A stretch of DNA of 41,511 nucleotides from Chlorobiales bacterium (lineage in GTDB: Bacteria > Bacteroidota > Chlorobiia > Chlorobiales > JACMJS01), in assembly GCA_014380515.1 (NCBI GenBank), contig JACMJS010000054.1, positions 1 through 41,511 on the forward strand, in the 5' to 3' direction. A program made the position numbers and the translations under genes. Position 1 is the stretch's first letter, and each line of letters opens with the position of its first letter. The notes under the pieces were generated by a model. The model saw nothing but the letters and a program-made list of their open reading frames with translations, was not told the DNA's origin and made no database searches. This document shows, piece by piece, positions 25,610 to 32,803 of this stretch.

Positions 25610-26376
25610 CAGATTGTACTCTGCGGGGATTGCAGTGATTCGAGCGGACTGCGTTGGGCGTTGACGAACCGCGTAACGAAAGGACTTGCGGGCGAGCGCA
25701 CGAGTTCGGCGAGCGAACCGTGTTGAACGATGCGGCCTTCATGCAGCAAGACGAGCGTTTCGGCGAGGAACGCGGCTTCGCTGATGTCGTGGGTAACGAG
25801 CACGACGGTTGCGCCGAGCGATTGAAAGATTTCTTTAAGGTCGTGCTGCAAGTCGGCGCGGATGATCGGATCGAGCGCGCCGAGCGGCTCATCGAGCAGC
25901 AATACTTTCGGACGGAGCATCAAGGCGCGCATGAGGCCGACGCGCTGCCGCTGTCCGCCGGAAAGTTCTTTCGGATAACGCCCGGCGAAATGTTCAGGCA
26001 GCCGCGTGAGCGCGAAGAGTTCTGAGAGGCGAGCTCGGATTTTTTCCTTCGGCCAGTCAAGATGCTCGGCCATCAGCGCAATATTTTCCGAGACGGTGAG
26101 ATGCGGAAACAAACCGCCTTCCTGAATCACATAACCCATCTGTTGCCGCAGCGCGAGCGATTGCTGCGGCGCAATGACGGTGTTTTCAAACTGCGCTGTG
26201 CCGCCGTCCGTCGCCACCAAACCAAGCATCACTTTGAGCAACGTCGATTTGCCGCTGCCCGACGAGCCGATGAGTGCAACGGATGTGCCCGCAGTGATCG
26301 AAAGTGACACGTCATCAAGTGCAAGCGTTCCGCCGTAATGCTTAACGATGTGCTCCAGTTTAAAAATGCTCACCAT
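25609..26376 (-). CDS. ABC transporter ATP-binding protein (osmoprotectant/quaternary-amine family, no CBS tail)
   Basis: Motifs seen: Walker A GSSGSGKST, signature LSGGQRQRVGLMRAL, Walker B LLLDEP, and H-loop VTHD. Confidence 0.92.
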   Translation of the reverse strand: MVSIFKLEHIVKHYGGTLALDDVSLSITAGTSVALIGSSGSGKSTLLKVMLGLVATDGGTAQFENTVIAPQQSLALRQQMGYVIQEGGLFPHLTVSENIALMAEHLDWPKEKIRARLSELFALTRLPEHFAGRYPKELSGGQRQRVGLMRALMLRPKVLLLDEPLGALDPIIRADLQHDLKEIFQSLGATVVLVTHDISEAAFLAETLVLLHEGRIVQHGSLAELVRSPASPFVTRFVNAQRSPLESLQSPQSTI

Positions 26377-26840
26377 CCGCTCGTGCCTTTCGCGCCTTTG
26401 AAGGGGCCGGTGATGCCCTCGGTAATCCAGCCGCCGTAGAAATCACCCGGTTGCGATTGCACTTGTTCGTCATCTACAAAGCATGCATCGGCGCGGCTGG
26501 CGTAAAACGCAAAATGATTTTTGAGCGCGAGATAATTTTTCGCCGGTTCGGGATAACTCCACGCCGCCTGTTCTGACCGGCGCTCACCGATCTTGATCGT
26601 CCAATAGACCGCCGTGCCTTTGAACTCGCAAAAAGTTTTTTGTTCCGGCAGCAGCGTGAGATATTCTCGGGCGACATCTTCGGGCGGAATGTAGTAGGTC
26701 GGCGGGTGGCTTGTTTCCAAAAGGCGATACGCGCGGGTCGTATCGGCGATGGTTTTTCCGGCGAAGATGACGCGGATGCGTTTGGCGGTTTGTTCCAGCC
26801 GCGGCGGTCGCGGATAATCCCAGACGGATTCTTTCGGCAT
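26370..26840 (-). CDS. DUF427 domain protein (long form, 156 aa)
   Basis: Motifs seen: VWDYPRPPRLE, IRVIFAGKTIADT, SHPPTYYIPPEDV, FCEFKGTAVYW and AAWSYPEP. The stop overlaps the ATPase start by 7 nt (ATGGTGA). Confidence 0.8.
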   Translation of the reverse strand: MPKESVWDYPRPPRLEQTAKRIRVIFAGKTIADTTRAYRLLETSHPPTYYIPPEDVAREYLTLLPEQKTFCEFKGTAVYWTIKIGERRSEQAAWSYPEPAKNYLALKNHFAFYASRADACFVDDEQVQSQPGDFYGGWITEGITGPFKGAKGTSGW

Positions 26841-27016
26841 CGTTGGTGCGATAAAATTTGTGTGCTAAAAAATTCTAGGTTCGTGATCCGCTTGTCTTCG
26901 ATTTACCCCGGGCGGATCCGGGCGGGCGGTTCAACGGTGGTTCCATAGCCGCAACAGCAGTATAATGTAAGGTCAATACTTTTGAACATGATTTAATCCG
27001 GTGAAATTTTTATACC

Positions 27017-28900
27017 ATGACGACTACGCAACGCTCTGCTGCTGCTCGGCTTGCACTCTACGGATTTGTGATGGAACGGCTCATCTTTAACCGCATGATT
27101 GGCCGCATTGCCGGATGTATCACCGCGGGCATCGCGGGCGTCTCAGGTTTCGCACTTGCGATGGGTTTCTTGTGCTTGTGCGCCTCCGTCGCACCGGCGC
27201 AGCAGCATGGCTACCGCGCCGGATGTTACAACACCATCTGGCCGGTTGATATGGCGAACCTCAACCGCTCCGGCACGGTGGTGGGTGCGGGGTTGCCACA
27301 AACGTTTGACGCTGCGAACCTCCGCATTCAAAGCCTCGCTCTTCCCTTTCCGGTTTTCACTTACACCCGCGACAGTTCGGAAGTTTTCGTCATCGGCGGC
27401 ACACCTTACTTGCTCGATTTGTTCGGCAGGGCGATTGAGACCGGCGATCCGGGCACGCTCGATCCAAGTTATTACAGCCAGTTCACGCCTTACTTGGCCA
27501 AGATCAATCCTTTGACGAACCAATATCAGATGTGCAACCTGACCGGCGGCGTCGGCTCGCCATATGTCGGCGGCGCGGTGGTGCATCAGAACGGTTTTGT
27601 TTATGCGGTCGCCCGCGCGAGGCTCTTCAAGATTGATGCGGCGACGATGCTCTCGGTCGATTCGCTTGACTTGCCGCTGGTAGCAGGGCTGAGCAGTCAG
27701 ACGAATTACAACGGACTTTCGGTTACAGGCAGCGGGAAGATTATCGCCAAAGCAACCAGCAGCACCGACGGTATTTTTTTGCTCATCAATCCCGATACGC
27801 TCAAAGTCAAGTTTGAACTCCGCCGCCCGACCGGTTCCGCCCGTCTCACCATCGCCCTTGACAGTTTGAACAACGAATATCTTTATCATCTCGATCAAAC
27901 CCAGACCTACCGCTTCCTTGTTCGCAACGATAGTCTGCTTTATGACAGTACATGGAACGCCGCTTATTCACCATATGGAACGGCGGATAACGACGAACCA
28001 ACGTCGCCCGTTGTGGCAGGCGGAACCGTTTATTACACCACGAACACGGTCTTTACGGCAACGACGGCCATGAAAATTTTCTGGCAGCAAGTTCAGCAGA
28101 ATTATTCGGCAGCTTCCGATACACTTGGCGGAGAATATCTCTTTGCCGATACACTCGGTGCCGGTTGGAATTTTTTTCATCTCAATCTGGACGACACGCT
28201 TTCGGGCATCGTCATCGCCGCTGATCAAAGTAACGGCTACATTGCCGCGCTCCGGCTCAATGCGCAAAATGTGCTTGAGCGTCTGTGGGAAAAACAATAT
28301 GCGATCAGCGCGAAGCCCGCAGTCGTAGCGGACAGGCAAAAAGTGTACATCAATGATTTTCAAAACGGCATTGATTATTTCGTCGTGCTTGATTTACTCT
28401 CCGGCATCGAATTAGGCAGGGTTGCCACACCGGCGACGAAACCGACGATTGCAACGATGGTCGTCGGTCTCAACGGCGATGTGTATTATTGCAGCAACGA
28501 ATACGGAAGTCCTACCGGTTACTTTCACCGCATTTCGCTGCAAGACTTATCTGCCGCTCCGCCCGCCCGGGGGGTCCCGCTGGCCTTTTCACTTTCACAA
28601 AACTATCCGAACCCGTTCAACCCGAATACAGTCGTTAGTTACACCGTAGGGGCGAGGCCACAGAGCGGTAGCTCGTTAAACTCGCTATCGCCCGTACAAA
28701 TCAAGTTGAAAGTGTTTGATGTGTTGGGCAGAGAAGTTGCAACGCTGGTGAATGCGAAGCAGGCGGCGGGAAATTACAAGGTGAGTTTTAACGCTTCCAA
28801 CCTGTCAAGCGGCGTCTATTTTTACCGGTTGCAAGTCAGCGGCGGCGACGAACGGAGTGGAAACTTCACATACACAAAAAAAATGATGATTGTCAAATAG
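27017..28900 (+). CDS. secreted protein of unknown function with a T9SS C-terminal sorting domain
   Basis: The C-terminus is NYPNPFNPNTVVSYTV...KLKVFDVLGREVATLVNAKQAAGNYKVSFNASNLSSGVYFYRLQV...KKMMIVK. The body is beta-rich and repetitive. The hydrophobic signal-like segment ends SVAPAQQ only about 60 aa in, so the true start may be an internal Met. Confidence 0.75.
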   Translation: MTTTQRSAAARLALYGFVMERLIFNRMIGRIAGCITAGIAGVSGFALAMGFLCLCASVAPAQQHGYRAGCYNTIWPVDMANLNRSGTVVGAGLPQTFDAANLRIQSLALPFPVFTYTRDSSEVFVIGGTPYLLDLFGRAIETGDPGTLDPSYYSQFTPYLAKINPLTNQYQMCNLTGGVGSPYVGGAVVHQNGFVYAVARARLFKIDAATMLSVDSLDLPLVAGLSSQTNYNGLSVTGSGKIIAKATSSTDGIFLLINPDTLKVKFELRRPTGSARLTIALDSLNNEYLYHLDQTQTYRFLVRNDSLLYDSTWNAAYSPYGTADNDEPTSPVVAGGTVYYTTNTVFTATTAMKIFWQQVQQNYSAASDTLGGEYLFADTLGAGWNFFHLNLDDTLSGIVIAADQSNGYIAALRLNAQNVLERLWEKQYAISAKPAVVADRQKVYINDFQNGIDYFVVLDLLSGIELGRVATPATKPTIATMVVGLNGDVYYCSNEYGSPTGYFHRISLQDLSAAPPARGVPLAFSLSQNYPNPFNPNTVVSYTVGARPQSGSSLNSLSPVQIKLKVFDVLGREVATLVNAKQAAGNYKVSFNASNLSSGVYFYRLQVSGGDERSGNFTYTKKMMIVK

Positions 28901-28965
28901 GCCGCTACCGTTCGTGAGTGATTGCCGGGAAAGGCGGCGGAAAGGAAAAGTACGATTACACAACT

Positions 28966-30294
28966 ATGGTGGCGCAAAATCTTCAGCACAAAATTTTCAG
29001 CACGGGGCAACGCTCCGGCCTCAAACAATTTTATACCGACGTGCGAAGCCGCAGCGTGTGGCTCTGCGAACCGTTGGAGACGGAAGATTACGTCGTGCAG
29101 CCGTCGGAAGACGTCAGTCCCCCGAAGTGGCACTTGGGACACACGAGTTGGTTTTTCGAAACGTTTCTCGTGCAAGCTTTTCACCCGCACTTCAAAGTGC
29201 ATCACGCCGGTTACGGTTTCATTTTTAATTCCTACTACGAATCCATCGGCGAGCGATCTCCGCGCAATGCGAGAGGCACGCTTTCGCGCCCGACGGTCAA
29301 AGACGTGTATGCGTACCGCGCGGCGATTGACGAGCAGATGCTTGCGATCCTTGAAACGGTGAGCGAGCCGCAGTGGCCGGAGTTTGAACGGCTCACCGTG
29401 CTCGGTCTCAATCACGAAGAGCAGCATCAGGAATTGCTCGTCATGGACATCAAATCCATCTTTGCCCAGAATCCGCTGCGCCCCGTCTATCGCGCTTCAC
29501 AAAATGATACTGCACATCACACGGATGCGCCTCGAGGCCGCACGGATACAGCGTTTGCAAGCGGACTTTACACTATCGGCCATGCAACCGAAGACGGTTT
29601 CGCATTTGACAATGAATCGCCGCCGCATCAAGTTTTTCTTGAAGGCTTCACGCTTGAGAATCGCCTCGTTACCAACCGCGATTATCTGGCGTTCATCGAA
29701 GACGGCGGCTATACGAAACCCGCGTTGTGGCTTTCGGACGGCTGGGCAACAGTGCAGCGCGAAGGCTGGCACGCGCCGCTTTACTGGGAAAAATTGCCGG
29801 AAAAATCCGGCGGCCTTTGGCACGAAACGACGCTCTCAGGATTTCACGAAATATCTTCGCTGCTCGATGTGCCGGTTTGCCATGTAAGTCATTACGAAGC
29901 GGATGCGTTTGCAACATGGTCGGGCAAACGTTTGCCGAGCGAAGCCGAGTGGGAAGTTGCCGCAATGATTTCCGGCGCGCAGGTTACGGATGGAAATTTT
30001 TTAGAGCGCGCAGCCTTTCATCCGAAGCCCGCTCATCACGATGCGCCAGCGACACTGCAACTCTTCGGCGACGTGTGGGAATGGACGGCGAGCGCGTATC
30101 TGCCGTATCCGCGCTACCGGCGAGAGTCGGGCGCGCTCGGCGAATACAACGGTAAGTTTATGAGCGGACAGATGGTGCTGCGCGGCGGCTCGTGTGCCAC
30201 GCCCGCAAAACATATCCGGCGTACCTACCGCAATTTTTTTCAGCCCGATAAGCGGTGGGCGTTTTCCGGTATCCGGCTCGCCGGTGATTTTTAG
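28966..30294 (+). CDS. egtB: ergothioneine biosynthesis sulfoxide synthase EgtB (DinB_2 + FGE-sulfatase-like domains)
   Basis: The DinB-type iron ligands are WHLGHTSWFFE and NHEEQHQELL. The C-terminal motifs are GDVWEWTASAYLPYP and RGGSCATP. At about 440 aa it has no OvoA-type methyltransferase extension. It is adjacent to egtD. I chose the ATG at 28966 (MVAQNL). Confidence 0.88.
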   Translation: MVAQNLQHKIFSTGQRSGLKQFYTDVRSRSVWLCEPLETEDYVVQPSEDVSPPKWHLGHTSWFFETFLVQAFHPHFKVHHAGYGFIFNSYYESIGERSPRNARGTLSRPTVKDVYAYRAAIDEQMLAILETVSEPQWPEFERLTVLGLNHEEQHQELLVMDIKSIFAQNPLRPVYRASQNDTAHHTDAPRGRTDTAFASGLYTIGHATEDGFAFDNESPPHQVFLEGFTLENRLVTNRDYLAFIEDGGYTKPALWLSDGWATVQREGWHAPLYWEKLPEKSGGLWHETTLSGFHEISSLLDVPVCHVSHYEADAFATWSGKRLPSEAEWEVAAMISGAQVTDGNFLERAAFHPKPAHHDAPATLQLFGDVWEWTASAYLPYPRYRRESGALGEYNGKFMSGQMVLRGGSCATPAKHIRRTYRNFFQPDKRWAFSGIRLAGDF

Positions 30295-30368
30295 ATGATG
30301 GTTGATTTTTCAGGTTTGTTTTTTAAACTTTCGTTAGCGACCCATCGATAATTTATACACCCGTGTCA

Positions 30369-31382
30369 ATGACCACCTCGACAAAAACAACTTACACCGT
30401 GCTTCCTCCCGGCGGCGAGACGGCGGCGGCAACGCCGCAAAGCCTCTTCGCCCTCGATGTGCTGCACGGACTTTCGGAGTCGCCCAAACATCTCGCCTCG
30501 AAATATCTTTATGACGACGCGGGCAGCCGGCTCTTCCAGCAAATCACGCTTTCGCACGATTACTACCCAACGGGTTGCGAAACCGAAATTCTCACCCATC
30601 ACGCCGCAGGCATTGCGGATGCTATCGGCAGCGAAGCGTTCAACCTCATCGAACTCGGCGCAGGCGACGGAAGCAAAACCCGTTTGCTCATCGCCGAACT
30701 GTTGAAACGCGGCCACACATTCAACTACGTGCCGATTGATATTTCGGAATCGATCATGCAAACGCTTTCGGAGACGATGATCAGGCTGTTTCCGTCGTTG
30801 CACATCAGCGGACTTGTCGCCGATTATCTCGGCGGGCTACGGTGGCTGGAAGAAACCTCCGGTCGGCGCAATCTCGTGCTCTTTCTCGGATCGAACATCG
30901 GCAACTTCACGCGGTTGCAATCGCGGTCGCTTCTTAGAAATTTGTGGAACGCCTTGCAGCACGGCGACTATCTGCTGACGGGCTTCGACCTCAAAAAAAA
31001 TATTGACGTCATGCTTCAGGCTTACAACGATTCGGAAGGTTTCACACGGGCGTTCAACCTGAATCTTTTGCTACGCATCAACCGCGAACTCGGCGGACAT
31101 TTTGACATAAACCTGTTCCGGCACTACGGCACTTACAACGCACTTTCCGGCGCGATGGAAAGTTTTCTGATTAGCCGCCAACCGCAAACGGTGTGCATCG
31201 ATGCCCTGCAACGTGCGTTTGCGTTCGAGGCGTTCGAACCCGTGCACGTCGAATACTCTTACAAGTATTTAATGAGCGACATCGAAGGACTGGCGAGCGA
31301 TACGGGCTTCCGCATCGCCGCGAACTTTTCCGATTCAAAAAACTATTTCACCGATTCGCTGTGGCAAGTCGCCAAACTGTAA
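30369..31382 (+). CDS. egtD: L-histidine N-alpha-methyltransferase EgtD
   Basis: Motifs seen: KYLYDDAGSRLFQQITLSHDYYPTGCETEIL, ELGAGDGSKT, FLGSNIGNF and EYSYKY. I chose the ATG at 30369. An in-frame GTG lies at 30363. Confidence 0.88.
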   Translation: MTTSTKTTYTVLPPGGETAAATPQSLFALDVLHGLSESPKHLASKYLYDDAGSRLFQQITLSHDYYPTGCETEILTHHAAGIADAIGSEAFNLIELGAGDGSKTRLLIAELLKRGHTFNYVPIDISESIMQTLSETMIRLFPSLHISGLVADYLGGLRWLEETSGRRNLVLFLGSNIGNFTRLQSRSLLRNLWNALQHGDYLLTGFDLKKNIDVMLQAYNDSEGFTRAFNLNLLLRINRELGGHFDINLFRHYGTYNALSGAMESFLISRQPQTVCIDALQRAFAFEAFEPVHVEYSYKYLMSDIEGLASDTGFRIAANFSDSKNYFTDSLWQVAKL

Positions 31383-31419
31383 CCGATTCTTCAAATGACT
31401 TCTTACTTCAAATTTTCTA

Positions 31420-31549
31420 CGCCTGTCATTCCGGCCACGTCAGGAATCTACCTTCGATAAGAGATAAGAGGGATTCGGGATCCCGCTTCAATAGCGGGAT
31501 TAAAAAACAATCGCGGGACTTTGGAGCAGCAGAGCCGCAATGACAGGCG
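31420..31549. repeat. composite palindromic element (GTCATT...AATGAC family)
   Basis: The outer arms CGCCTGTCATTCCGGC (31420-31435) and GCCGCAATGACAGGCG (31534-31549) match at 15 of 16 positions. An internal hairpin is ATCCCGC-TTCAATA-GCGGGAT (31480-31500). Confidence 0.65.
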
Positions 31550-31579
31550 CAGAGTTTAACGATAAAACTTTTTTCAACG

Positions 31580-31861
31580 ATGAAAGCAACTTGGAACGGG
31601 CAGACGCTTGCCGAAAGCGATAAGACCATCGTCATCGAAGGCAATCACTACTTTCCGCCGGAATCCATCAAGCGGGAATTTTTCAAACCGAGCGCGACGC
31701 ATACAACCTGTGCGTGGAAAGGCGAAGCGAGTTATTACGACGTCGCCACCGGCGGTGAGACCAACAAAGATGCGGCGTGGTATTATCCGGCGGCCAAAGA
31801 TGCGGCGAAGGAAATCACCGGCTATGTCGCCTTTTGGAAGGGCGTCAAAGTTACCCCGTAG
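31580..31861 (+). CDS. DUF427 domain protein (short form, 93 aa)
   Basis: Motifs seen: WNGQTLAESDKTIVIEGNHYFPPESI, TCAWKGEASYYDV, AAWYYP and GYVAFW. This is the same core as the 26370-26840 protein. Confidence 0.8.
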   Translation: MKATWNGQTLAESDKTIVIEGNHYFPPESIKREFFKPSATHTTCAWKGEASYYDVATGGETNKDAAWYYPAAKDAAKEITGYVAFWKGVKVTP

Positions 31862-31863
31862 GT

Positions 31864-32649
31864 TTATAGCGCAGCGAGCATCGCGTAATGTGCGTCGCGG
31901 AGAAATTGGCCGAGCATTTCCGGCGTGGCGGATGTCGCCGCGAAGGCGGTGTAGTCAAGCACAACACCCTTCCAGCCTTCGGTGTGCAGCGTTGCGTTCG
32001 CGGGCAACACCGGCTTGAAGTTTTCAGGCCACGGATACACATACACGGAGAAGTAGGGCTGCGGGTGTTCATCATCGCCGAGCGAGAGGCCGTGATAAAT
32101 CATCGGTGCGTTTTCATCGATATAGGTTTCTTTGTACCAGTTGAACGCCAGATCAAAATGATGCGACCACAGTTGCACCGCCGATGCGCCGCCTTCCTTG
32201 CCGCCAAGTTCTTGTTTGGTTTCCCCGAATACTTGCGCGGCCGCGTAAAGTATGCTGTGAATCTGCCGCACAACTTCTCCATCGAGCGAAATTTCTTCCG
32301 CTGAAAATTTTTCCGATTCCAACTGCGTCGCCGTGTCGGGCAAGACCGTTCTGAAAAAAGCGAGCAGCGACTGCGGCGACAGTGCGGCGAGCGAAGTTGC
32401 GGCGACAATCGCACGGGTTTCATCGCGCACTTCCGCCGTCAGGTTGTCGCAGCGGATGGCGAGCACGTTATTATTTGCGAACGGCATCGGCGGGGTTTCA
32501 ATCGTATGCTCGCCGATGTGCAGACTGATGTGCGTCCATGCGGCGGCGGGCGGCGTGAGTACTTCGCGCAAGGCCGCCAGCACATTGGCAAACGCCTGTA
32601 ATTGCTCGCGCGTCCGAATAAAGTTTGAAGCGTGAATCGGCGTGAACAT
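31864..32649 (-). CDS. hypothetical protein, possibly DUF5996-like
   Basis: It is a 261-aa ORF with coherent codon usage. LWSHHFDLAFNWY and PYFSVYVYPWPENF resemble the FWGSFDLA / YAYAYPEPEGF pattern I associate with DUF5996. That assignment is from memory only. Confidence 0.55.
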   Translation of the reverse strand: MFTPIHASNFIRTREQLQAFANVLAALREVLTPPAAAWTHISLHIGEHTIETPPMPFANNNVLAIRCDNLTAEVRDETRAIVAATSLAALSPQSLLAFFRTVLPDTATQLESEKFSAEEISLDGEVVRQIHSILYAAAQVFGETKQELGGKEGGASAVQLWSHHFDLAFNWYKETYIDENAPMIYHGLSLGDDEHPQPYFSVYVYPWPENFKPVLPANATLHTEGWKGVVLDYTAFAATSATPEMLGQFLRDAHYAMLAAL

Positions 32650-32803
32650 GATCGTCGGTGTCAGATGGTTTTTGTTTCGATTGCTGACGATGCAGCAAGT
32701 TTAATTTGCAGAACTTTTTTGGTTTCTCTACCTTTTGCCGCAATTTGAAATCACTGCTCTACCTTTTGAATCAAACTTTCTACACCAACTTTCGGAGACC
32801 GCC

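Noticed and set aside
26841-27016. A possible cobalamin or other riboswitch in the ~175-nt divergent region upstream of the DUF427/ABC operon (GGAACCACCGTTGAACC… is vaguely B12-aptamer-like)
   Set aside because: There is no B12 box (GCCACTG-like) and only a short CCCGG/CCGGG hairpin, with no terminator or sequestering helix. I treat it as an ordinary divergent promoter region, although I could not scan it with covariance models.
32735-32803. An upstream alternative start for the SPFH gene (363-aa version)
   Set aside because: The YdjI-type N-terminus MGIFDALRNEF begins at the ATG at 32804. The upstream 23 codons start from a non-ATG codon and do not look conserved.
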